The notes under the pieces were generated by a model. It was given only the letters and a program-made list of their open reading frames with translations, was not told where the DNA came from and searched no databases. A stretch of DNA of 64,000 bases from Antedon mediterranea (taxonomy: Eukaryota; Animalia; Echinodermata): assembly GCF_964355755.1 (NCBI RefSeq), contig NC_092675.1, positions 16,836,912 to 16,900,911 of the forward strand. The letters are read 5' to 3'. Of this stretch, positions 53,501 to 64,000 are shown one piece after another. Position 1 is the stretch's first letter. The number at the start of each line of letters is the position of its first letter. The position numbers and the translations under genes are program-made.

Positions 53501-56500
53501 CTTCATCTCCAAATTGAGAATAGGCCAGTACATCTGTTTTGTTACCATCTATAAAATAATGGAAAATATTGTCAAACATTTAAAAAAAAAAGGTAGCACA
53601 CAAGAATTAAAGAGATACATAAGTTTATACTGTTATATGTTTCAATATTCTTACCAGACTGTATATTTATACCTTGTGAACTAGTTGCGAGTTCTTTATA
53701 TCTTCTATTCCTTTTTCGCTTATGTTTACCTGTAATAAAATATCTTGTAATAAATTTGTGTCAAGAATTTTTAATTTTTGTCTGAGAAGATTTATCCTAA
53801 TCTGTACAGGTACTTTGAAGAACACAAAAAACGTTTTAATAACAGTTTATCACCAATACCTACCAGAAACAGGTGATTCTGCAAGCATAGGTTCATCAAT
53901 TTCATAGAAATCTATACTTTGTTCATGTTGGCGCTTGAGTGATGTTTTTTTCGTTGATGGCAAGACATGCTCATCAAACTCATCTTCAGGATCACCCATG
54001 GAAGTATGGCACAAATCTGATGTCTTTGTAACCTGTAGTGGAACAACAGAGTCATCCTCGGGTTCTTTTGTATTTATTGGCGAGACAGAAGATTTGAGAA
54101 TAGACATCCGGCGATTACTTTTTGTATTTGTCTTGATACTTGTAGAAGATAACGCATCACCAAGACTAAACCTTACTGATGATTTCCGTCTATTCAAAGT
54201 TGTATGACGATGTTTTGCAGATTTAGATTTATCATTTTTTTTATCTGTTGTCATTTCAGATTTGTGAGAGTTTACTAAATTATTTTCAGGTTCTTCAAGT
54301 AAAATGTTTTCTGGATTATATAACGACTTGCTTCGTTTTCTAGGTTTGCTTTCTGTGTCATTATTTTCTTCATCATCTAGAGTCTTTGATAATTTTCGTC
54401 TGGATCGCCTTGTTTTTGTAGACTTTGTAACATCTGTTACAACAAACTTCTCTGTTACATTATTAGTTCCGTCACTATATGTTAGACCTGATTTCTTTAT
54501 GGAGTTTTTTTTAGGTTTAGAGTTTATTGGCATATCCTCTACTACTACAGTTTCTAAGTTTGTGCTATCTGAAACGCGAGATTTTTCAACCAATTTATCT
54601 TCTTTAGATATTTTACCAGATTTTTGCTGTTTGTTTTTAGCAGTTTTATTTGTTATCAATTGTTTTCGATTGTTCCGTGTTCTCCTATTTAATGGGGTTT
54701 CTTCAATATGTCCTTCACTTAAATCATTTTGGATAGGTTCTAAATGATCATCTTCATGTATATCATTTTTTAATGGGGTTTCTTCAACTTGTCCTTCACT
54801 TAAATCATTTTGGATGGGTTCTAAATGATCATCTTCATGTATAGCATTTACAACACTACTACTAGATTCACTTTCATTTTCTTCATTTGAATTATTTTGC
54901 CGACGTTTTGAATTAGTATCTTCGGACACTGTTCCCGACTTCTGTTTGACTTTTGTATTTCGTCTTTCCTTTTGCCGTGCTTTTTCTTTCGGTTCTGTTC
55001 TTTTTGAAGTTACCAACCTCTCATCGCCATTTACATCACCAATTCCCAATTTACCAACATTTTTCTTGTTTGCCTTATCTTGGAGTTCTGAACTACATGT
55101 TGATAAATCATCTTCCAATTCAGACTTTTTGTTTGTCATTTTTTTGCTACTTTTTTCTTGTGTTGATAACTTTTTGTTTGTCTTTGTTTTAGTACTTTTT
55201 TCCCATAAGGAATCTTGATTTTTATTTCTTCTTCTTGTTCTCACATTTGATAAGTTGGTACCAGTTTCAATGTCACTACTGCTACCTGATTCACTTTTCT
55301 TTTGTTTATTCCTTAAAGTTTCCCTTTTTTTCTTTTGACCTGTGGCTTCTACTGGTAGGTCAGTACCTAGATCACTTTCATCATCTTCTTCATCCGATCT
55401 TATTTCAGATTTTTTATTTGTCTTTGTTTTAGTATTTTTTTCCCGTAAGGAATCTTGTTTTTTATTTCTTCTTCTTGTTCTGACATTTGATAAATTGCTA
55501 TCAGATTCAACGTCACTACTGCTACCGGATTCATTTTTCTTATTCATCAAAGTTTCCTTTTTCTTCTTTTGATGCCCTGTGACCTCTACTGCTAGATCAT
55601 GCTTGTCATTTTCTTCTTCATCCCATCTTGCTACTTCTGCAATCTTCTTTTGATGCCCTGTGACTTCTATTGCTAGATCATGCTTGTCATTTTCTTCTTC
55701 ATCCCATCTTGCTACTTCTGCAATCTTCTTTTTCTTTGTTCTATTTTCTTTCTTTCTATCACTCTTTTTCGCAGTCTGAATTTTCTTTGAAACTAATTTT
55801 TTTATATCCTTTGATGTTCTAGATGCTTCATTGCTTCCACTTTCCTGTGAGTACACAGTTGTGTCAATGTCAATTATTTCAAAGTCATAATCATCATCAT
55901 CATTGTCTTCAAAGTTTGTGCTGTGTGTAACTGATTTTTTCTTGAAAGAAACAAAATCACTATCAATATCATCTATGTATCTTGATGTACTTTGATGTGA
56001 CCTTTCTGCTTCACCTCTTGTTTTTCTAAAGCTAATAGGCACATGTTGTGATGTCGATTGTATTTCATTATGTATAATACACTCTGTTTCCACATTAGCT
56101 TCATTACTACAAACAAAATATATAACAATATACGATTAAAAAATCAGTTTTATACATACAACTAAATATATTTTTAATTAAGAGAACAGAATCCTCCACC
56201 TTTAAAAAAAATTGAACAAATGTGTTTATCATTCAGAATGTCAGCATGAAGAACCATTCTAATGCAAGGGTGATTATAGTACTGTATACCTGGTAGGAAC
56301 TTGGCTTGCAGTTGTCTCATGATCACTAACGTCAGCAACTAATGTTTTATCCAGGTTGTCATCTTCTTGTTCACATTGTTCTTTGACATCAATACTTTCT
56401 GGCTGATTCGCTTCTTGTTCATTCAAGGTTCTCCTCTGTACAAGATGTTCTGCAGCTGAAAATGTTAACCTAATAAAAAATAAGAATTTTTGCAAGCATA

Positions 56501-59500
56501 AGTATTGAAATTATCATTAATTTATTCTGATTAAATCTTGGAAGAACTTTATATTAGTATATAAGTATTTTAACATTTCAGACAGTGTACTTTAAACAAT
56601 GCCTGCAGCACAACAAATTTGATTATAAAAAAGAATTCATCACTTGTAGCAGTAAATAATTTGTTGAATTTAAACATTTTGATCATGTAAACATTATTTC
56701 TAATTCATCTTAACTATTAGCAGTGGCGTATCCAGGATTTTGAAGTTGGGGGGGGGGGGGGGGGGCGGGAATTTCCAATTTGTTGACAAAATTAGTGTCA
56801 TTATCTGTACATACACCTGATCAATATACGGTTCTAGGATTGCATAGTCATATTGTCTTATATGGGATAACGATGCAAAATTAAAACCAAACCAACATTA
56901 TCTGTTAGTATGTTGCATTCATATTACAATAAAGAAAATATTAGGAAATCTGGCTTTTAGTTTTCGAAATATAGGGTCTAAAACATCGCCGAAAATTATC
57001 GTTTTTAGCCACGAAAGAAGTAAAACAATTTGCGGCCCCAGTCGGCAATTCTATTAACTATGCCATTTTTGGTTAAAATAATTACATATAATTACGTTTT
57101 TTAGTAATTTATTTATATATCACCATTGGAAATATCAATAAAACGTGTTATTAAATGCTTATAAAATATATAAAGTTGTTTACTAAACGGAATTCGGACA
57201 AATTCATTGCTCTAATTTTGTGTAGTAACGATCAGAGAGACCGTATGATCAACTTCATGGTACACGCGCGAGAGAAAACATTCCGCTGCGGGTGATTCGC
57301 ATCCACCAATCAAATCAGCCAGAATCCAAAATCATTCAACCATGAGCAATGCCAATCACGAGAAAGCTCAGCTTTGATTGGCTTACGATGACATCATATC
57401 ACAAAATGGTGATTTTGTAGTTGAGCCTCACGGAATATTCTGTTCCAAAAATGAAATTCATGGATATTTTTTATGGTATGTGTTTAAAAAATTTGAATAA
57501 TAAAGGCCTCATATCGAGAAAAAAAAACGGGTTTTTGGCACTTATAATAAATATATCTTACGAGAAAAAAGCACATGGTATGTGGAACTATATAATCTTA
57601 GCGTAGGAAGACATACAGTACAAATCCCTGGTCATGAGAGGCTCAACTGCAAAAACAAGGTTGAATAGGGTAAGGTCAAAGACTTTGGAGTAAACAATCT
57701 AGCGTGTACTGGCCGTACGTACGTGCTAGATGATAAGATATTTTGAAAACATTTTTAGATGTAATGAAAATAAAAAATAGTTGATCTGAAGGGAATGATA
57801 TGATATGTAAATAAACAAACACTCAAAAGAATTATGTTTACAGTTCAATTATTGTCAGAATACAATAATAGTTTATTCTTATTTGCCTAACTTAATTTTT
57901 TTCCCGGCACCTTTGTTTGCCGACGGACGCGATGATGTGCCGACGGACACAAAATCAGGGGGGGGGGGGGGAGGGACCGGGCCCCCCGGCAGCGTTGCCA
58001 GCGATAAATTATGCCGTATCCTGTCTCAAATAATGCCAGATTGGGAAAAATAATGCCAGATCCCCAAAATGTGGCCCTAAACAGCGCCACCAACGGTTGT
58101 ATGTCTAATAAACGTTTGTAAAACCCCAACTGACACAAAATAGGGCCTAAATTGTATCCCTATGTCGTTCAAAAATTGTATTTTTAGTTTTGTGAGTAAT
58201 AACTAATAATTCTAAAAATATCTGGGGTTCGAAAATGGTAATTGCAAATGACACAAACACCAACCCACGAACCCTTCTCCCCCCACCCCCCCAAAAAAAA
58301 ACCTGTTACAGCCATGGAAATTTAGAATTTTTGAGCTGAAATATGAGAGCTGCTCGATCTTTGCACTTAATTTCAAATATGAAAGGATTTTAGCCCACCA
58401 TAATTAGAAAATGGCAATTATAATTTAAAATAGGAAATAAAAATATATATTAAGTGTCTCCAGGACCTCAGCCCCACCATGGTTGATAAGAAAATTTTGA
58501 AAAATGCTGATGGCCGGAAATGGCACTTAATTTCAGATATGAAATAAAAATATATTTATTAGTACCTCCAGGATCTTAGCCCACCATAGTTCGAAAATGG
58601 CAATTATAATTTAAAATAGGAAATAAAAATATATTAAGTGTCTCCAGGACCTCAGCTCCACCATGGCTGGTGCTGAGGTAAGAAAATTTGGAAAAATAGA
58701 GCTGCTCAATGGGCGGAAATGGCACTTAATTTCAAATATGAAATAAAAATATATTTATTAGTACCTCCAGGATCTTAGCCCATAATAGTTTTGAAAATGG
58801 CAATTATAATTTAAAATAGGAAATAAAAATATATATTAAGTGTCTCCATGACCTCAGACCCACCATGGTTGGGGCTGAGGTAAAAAAAAAATGGAAAAAT
58901 AGAGCTGCTCGATGGGCGGAAATGGCACTTAATTTTAAATAAAAATTACCTCGCCCACATGGTCACTACTGGGGCTGAGAGGTGAAGAACATTTGGAAAA
59001 ATAGGGTTGCTACGACGATGCAAATGGAACATAATTTGATATATGGAAAATTCTTTTTAAAATTAGAGCTTCTAATTAGTTACTGGAAATTGCCATTTCA
59101 AGGGTTGGGGTAGGGGTGCAGCCACTTATGAACTGAAACAACAAAACCCCTTTCATGTTTTCGTTCAATTCTCTCTATATCTGGGGATCCAATAACCTGC
59201 ATGGTCTCTGAAATAGAGCAACATAATTGGCCAATAGCTAGCCTCTTCGGATTTGTTGTGCTGCCTATATCGCACACACGGTAGTTTTCGAGCAGCCTTC
59301 CTATCCGAAGAGTCTATTTAAGTCCGAAACAAAAGGATGGAAGAACTATTGTACGGAAAACCTGAACAGATCTGTTTTGTACGATATGATATTGTGTAAT
59401 GTGATATGTATTAAATTGCAAGATTAAACAAAATATTTTATTTTTGTTCTGTGGTATATTATTTTTTTGGTTGTTCAAAAAACACAAAATTATGCCAGAT

Positions 59501-62500
59501 TATGCTAAAAACGACTAAATAATGCCGCGGGCCTCTAAATAATGCCAAAAAGCATAATAATGCCAGAAATGGCAACTATGCCCCCCGGCCCCCCACTGGA
59601 TACGCCACTGACTATTAGTGAAATTCAGCAGAGTTAGTGTTATCCAAAATATCTGCAATTTCTTCCAGGCTGTTTTACACTTTATCATTTCAATTTAGGT
59701 TTTATCTATATTGAGATCCAGCCATTTTTTCAATAAATTGCATTGTGATTTATTATTGAAATTGAGTTTGCTGTTGAAAGAAAATGTTGTTACCTTTTCT
59801 TTGTCTTAAAACTCTGGAGTGCACTATTAGGAACATTGCTGGTGTCTACTTTAGACAAACTACCTTGAAGGCCATCTTCTTCAAGGACTGCCTTTGGGGT
59901 AACCACTTCAGAAGCATTGTATGAAGTAACACAACTTTTACTTGATTTCTCAGTACTTAAGTGCTCAGTAGAAAATGAAGACATTGCTTTCAATGGAGAA
60001 CTCTGGGGAATAAAGAAACCATTCAAACAACACGTAATGAACAATACAAATTACTTTTAATATTATTTTGAATAAAAACACACAAAAGTATTATAAAAAA
60101 CAATGAATACAGTACTTAGCTTACCTTCCTTATATTAGGTGTTATAACAACAGGGTCAAGTGTCTTGTTCCTGGTTCTATTCTGCTTGTTGGTTGCTTCA
60201 ACTGACAGTGAACTTTGATCTAAAATGGTAACAATGAAGTTTTTTAAGCTTTGCAAATTGTTCAAATTGCGCAGACACACTCATAATAGAAATATTACTG
60301 TAAATATAGTACCTGAATCTGACCAATAGTCATCAAAGATTTCAAACCCATCACTATCTTTTCTTGCCTCTTTCTTCTGTACCCATCCTGTTCTCCTGAA
60401 AAGCATTAGACCATTATGTTACAGATACAGATAACTTTTATTGTCCAAATAAACTGGAAATTGCATTTGCTCACTTATCACATAAAAATATCGTATAAAA
60501 ATAAAGTATAAAATGTAGAATAACAATATAAAAATACACAATGATTAAAAAAGTACATCATAAAATTACAGCTCAAAAATATTTAAGTTAAAAATACAGA
60601 TCATTACAAAACGGTTTAAAAAGTGTCTTATATTTCATTATTAATTATTATATTATATTATTTATTATTGTTATCAAAATTATTGTAGTTACCTCTTAAA
60701 GTCATCGTTAAATTTTTTAATCCCAGCTGGGAGAAACGAATTTGAGTATCGACCCGTCCGCGCCAACACCGGCCTCAGTCTACCACTTCTACCAATGTGG
60801 CAGCGAAGAAGATCCGAATGAAGGGGGTGGCTTTCCTCCTCCATGACCGCCTGTAAACCATTTTTCAATCGTTCTCCGTAGTGACAATCGTAGACTGAGT
60901 CCGCTGTCAGCGCCGACGAGCCAATCACTCTTAATGCCCTTTCTAACACTTTACATATGCGGCCCTTATCTCCTTTGTTTATGTTCCCACCCCAGCCTAA
61001 TAGGCAATAATCCCAGATTGAAAAAATAACAGATGAATAAAACATAGTAAGTATCTCTTCCCTTACCCTAAAAACGTTCATTTTCCTCAAACAGTACAGT
61101 CTAGTATTTAATTTTTTAATTAGTTGATCTACATGCTCTCCCCATGATAAATTATTGTCATACGTTACCCCAAGATACTTATATGTTTTATGTTTATGTT
61201 TTTACCCACATTGTGTTGTTACTATAGTCAGTAAATATTGGAATAGTTGGGAATTATATCACATGATATAATTATTTTAATATAGACTTATTTACCTCCG
61301 CCAAGGAGGTATATGTAATCGGTAGCGTGTTTGTTTGTTTGTTAGCAGGATTACTCAAAACGTAATTACAAGATCTTTACCAAAATGAATAGACAGATAG
61401 ATATGTGGTCAAGGACCATTCCATTAAATTTTGGGACCATTTGGGACCACAGTCCCAATTCTGGACCACTTTTTAGTATACTTTTTTAGACCTGCTAGTG
61501 TTAAAAGATAGGACAGAATTTTTCAAAAGCCGGCGAGCAGTCTTAAAGTAACAAGTAAACTGAAATTGCATTTTCTCGAGAACTACTTGTCTAAAAAACT
61601 TAATTTTTGAACAAGAGGCAAGAGTTATAATTTGTGATTTGTAATTTTAAAACATAATTTGATTTAATGTGCACATTTTTTGATGCGAGTAGTTTAAAAA
61701 ACCTATTTCTTTTCAAATTCACTCGTTTGATTTTCGCGTTGCTGTTCTATTGTTAGTCAACTGAAGCTATTGTTAACTGAAAGGCTTGTTACATAACCAT
61801 TACACCAAACTCGCATACACATGCTTGTAATGAAATTAGCCTAAATCACAAACAGCATTAAGACACACACAAATATATATATATATTTTATTACCGGAGA
61901 AATCTTATGTAGGAGAATTTTACAGTAGGCGGAGGTATGCCCTCTCGGAGTGGCTTTCTAGTTTTATTTTGCAATGTTATTGTTGAAAATATAATTATTT
62001 ATGAGTACCTTCCAACTGCTTCATTGTAAAAAGGATTTACAAAAGGTCGATCAATCTGAAAATAATAAAGAAAATGTTTTAATATTTATTCATTTCGACA
62101 AAAAACAACTCCATACTTGTACTAGCCTAGGCTCCTAGGGATGGCCCTAGTAGGCCAAAAGCCTACTTTCACTTCAAAAAGATGAATGAAGTGTACACAA
62201 GCAAGTACAACTTGAACAAACAAAATGAATTAAAAAATATGGGATCCTAAAAATACATTTTATTATTTACAAATAAAGGGAAGATATGTGTTTCGTTTTT
62301 ATTTTGGATTAGGTAATAGTATGTACTGGCCTAGAATTCCATGTAGGCCTATAAGCAATTCTAGGACGATCAGGCTTTTTTAAAAGACGATCGGGTACCA
62401 AAGCGTGTGGACGTTCGATACTTATATATATATATATACTTAGACGATCGGGCCACTTATAAAAATAAGGAAAGACGATCGGGTCCAAGAAAACGAATTA

Positions 62501-63388
62501 GATTTATAATTGTTCATAAAATAAATTAAATGTGTTCTTTCCACGAGTTTGTGAAAAAAAGAAAAGAAAAAGATTTCGAAAAAAAGTGGGTCATTTTGAA
62601 GTATCATAATAGTTATTAATTTTCACCAAAAATGAGTCGAAAAAAAAATCATTTAACTGAAATACAGACGTTTTTTTGGTTCAAAAAATAACTTTGACTT
62701 CATAATGCAACACGCTTATTTGGCTACTCTGTATGCATAATCATAAAACTTACTCGCGATCTGTGTGAAAACACCTTCTCATCCGTGACGAGTTGTAAAC
62801 AATCTTAATTAGCATCCATCATGCTTAATGTATACTCATGGTTTGAAATCTTTGTTTACTTTCGCTCGGGACGATTATCCAGACGAAATGTAATCAAATT
62901 AATTTAGCTGTTAATTATGTAAAATTGTTGTTTTTGGCTTGAATTTTCGACTTAAAAAGGTGAATAACTGGCCAATTTAAAATATTTTGACCTTCATTTT
63001 TTGTGTTTCAAGGGACAATAGGCCTACTAGCCTACATCTTTAAGTAAGTACTTAACGGAAAGGTAAATATAAACAATATTGAACTTCATCATCTCGGTAT
63101 GTATGCCGAGAACTCAATTATAAACTATACTAGAACAGATTTACAAACGATACACTTGCCTATCGGATTAAGAATAAGGGCCCGATCGTCTTTCTATGAT
63201 GGCCCCGATCGTCCTTGTTGCCCCCGATCTTCTCGCCTTCGAAAAACGTAAAACTATGATCATGATGATGGCATGCCATGTAACCCAACCTAACCTAGCA
63301 ACATTATATAGTCTAAAACGACGATTAATTAACAATAAATAGATTCCAAAAGTATATAATATACCATAAGCTTATCATTATCAGTCAT
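50525..63388 (-). CDS. CENPC: Centromere protein C (Mif2/CENP-C), 15 exons, ~1271 aa
   Basis: Phase-consistent GT-AG exons 63388-63365, 62055-62009, 60395-60313, 60219-60125, 60002-59794, 56469-56290, 56106-53864, 53729-53655, 53548-53465, 53358-53242, 52978-52793, 52633-52502, 52298-52185, 51870-51718, 50598-50525. N-terminal GRRTG...RKDSDGFEIFDDYWS, CENP-C motif RRTKRSRVKPLEYWRNER, C-terminal cupin (F.IIRGKLAVTIH...FFVPKGNVYNIQN). The short first exon is the least certain. Confidence 0.9.
51156..51320. mobile_element. PIF/Harbinger-type MITE (right end eroded)
   Basis: TAA|GGCCAATTTACACAGACGAGCGGT...ACCGCTTGTCTGTGTAAA. Confidence 0.55.
51577..51706. mobile_element. PIF/Harbinger (Tourist-like) MITE
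   Basis: TIR AGATCTGTCTACACTAT / ATAGTGTAGATAGAGCT, TAA TSD. About 10 bp from a CENP-C splice donor. Confidence 0.75.
56721..59610. mobile_element. hAT non-autonomous element in CENP-C intron 5
   Basis: TIR CAGTGGCGTATCCAG / CTGGATACGCCACTG. 8-bp TSD ACTATTAG. Confidence 0.9.
57990..59580. mobile_element. Nested hAT element with internal ~190-bp tandem repeats
   Basis: TIR CAGCGTTGCCA / TGGCAACTATG. 8-bp TSD CCCCCCGG (57982-57989, 59581-59588). About 3 repeats at 58360-58960. Confidence 0.75.
60430..61190 (-). mobile_element. Rex1/Babar-like LINE 3' fragment in CENP-C intron 2
   Basis: YLGVT.DN, FYSSVIFSI..Y...GWGGN, HPLH...RSGR...RTGRYSNSFLP in and upstream of ORF 60689-61090. Confidence 0.75.
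61289..61963 (+). mobile_element. DINE-1/HINE-type Helentron non-autonomous element
   Basis: T-run start, subTIR ACCTCCGCC...GGCGGAGGT, (GTTT)n microsatellite, and a 3' short hairpin followed by TCTAGTTT. Confidence 0.8.
62560..63039. mobile_element. Second (inverted) copy of the Kolobok-type MITE, nested between GACGATCGGG/CCCGATCGTC arrays
   Basis: Reverse-complement match to 49215-49700. Ends CATCT|TTAA. The TIR carries a 14-bp insert at 63021-63034. Confidence 0.8.
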
Positions 63389-63856
63389 TTTTAGCTGTTA
63401 TTGTTTTTCAACAGTTAAAAAACAAACATTATTCGGCCTCTTCACAGCCTCAAAATTCGAAAGCCCGCTCTGCGTTTTCGCCGTGTGTCGCGGTTGGTTG
63501 TTGTTGTGCTGCTGTCGCTTTTCCAACCTCTGCCGCCAATATATATTTTCATACAGTCATTTATTAAATGATATATCGATTCTATTAATATAATTTATAC
63601 AAAAAAATAAGTAATAAGTATATACTTTTAATATAAATAATTATAAATATAACAACTAATATTTAATAGATTTATAATATGTGTATTTTAATTAATTATA
63701 TTTAAGCAATCTTCGCTCGACTTCATAGTTTCAAGAACGCTCTCTGTTGGCGGCCGGCGGGGCGCGAGAGGCAGTCCAGTGTGTGCGCTGTGGCGTAACG
63801 ATCGAAACGGGGAGTACTCGGTGTTATGTGACGAAGAAAACTTCTCATTCAACAAG
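63389..63856. promoter_or_regulatory. Putative bidirectional promoter between CENP-C and HECTD3-like
   Basis: Head-to-head ATGs about 470 bp apart. Two CpG-rich patches (63455-63540, 63740-63820) flank an AT-rich core. Confidence 0.55.
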
Positions 63857-64000
63857 ATGAGTTCTGCTGTTTTTGGGTCATCAAGACGCCAGTTGGCAAG
63901 AATAAAATGTCTTAAAAAGTGTGTTAAATGTTTCAAAGATAGTGAACCATTACCAGAAGCACTTTGTTATGTGCCAGGATGCTTGGAATTTAAATACCCG
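63857..64000 (+). CDS. HECTD3: HECTD3-like E3 ubiquitin ligase, first coding exon (runs off the window)
   Basis: MSSAVFGSSRRQLARIKCLKKCVKCFKDSEPLPEALCYVPGCLEFKYP resembles the recalled HECTD3 N-terminus (RQLLGRVRFL...PLPAALAFVPREVLYK). Confidence 0.65.
   Translation, partial: MSSAVFGSSRRQLARIKCLKKCVKCFKDSEPLPEALCYVPGCLEFKYP

Noticed and set aside
53935-55572. Plus-strand hydrophobic ORFs (53935, 54304, 54946, 54953, 55235, 55342)
   Set aside because: Antisense shadows of the Lys/Glu/Ser-rich CENP-C exon.
53850-56093. Stand-alone 747-aa gene
   Set aside because: Bounded by splice sites (56106 acceptor, 53864 donor) in phase with neighbouring CENP-C exons.
63688-63936. Minus-strand 82-aa ORF as a CENP-C upstream exon
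   Set aside because: Overlaps the HECTD3-like exon in antisense, has no recognisable motif, and no in-phase splice link was found.

Overview
AT-rich, intron-containing animal (invertebrate, possibly echinoderm-like; inference) genomic DNA, not prokaryotic. Host genes: (1) a + strand tandem array of four METTL27/WBSCR27-like class I SAM methyltransferase paralogs with identical 5-exon structure. Copies 2 and 3 are intact, copy 1 has an in-frame TAG in exon 2, and copy 4 is a decayed fragment. (2) A 15-exon CENP-C gene on the - strand (50525-63388) with an N-terminal Mif2-like motif, the CENP-C motif and a cupin domain. (3) The first exon of a divergently transcribed HECTD3-like gene at the window end. 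The rest is densely nested transposon DNA: CR1/L2/Rex-type LINEs, a Penelope fragment, Helentron-type non-autonomous elements, hAT/Harbinger/Zator/MuDR-like MITEs, a 2-kb foldback, and TTAA-flanked Kolobok elements. A 12-kb Russian-doll composite contains a Kolobok and an inverted 95-bp satellite derived from the composite's own TIR motif. Most unusual signals: (a) about 34 copies of TAGGCCTA (fewer than 1 expected), which paralog comparisons inside the window show to be TA-duplicating micro-insertions; (b) a Kolobok whose two ends carry inverted, homologous CRE-plus-acidic-first-exon modules; (c) the TIR-born, orientation-switching satellite. All calls were made by eye; no database searches were run.
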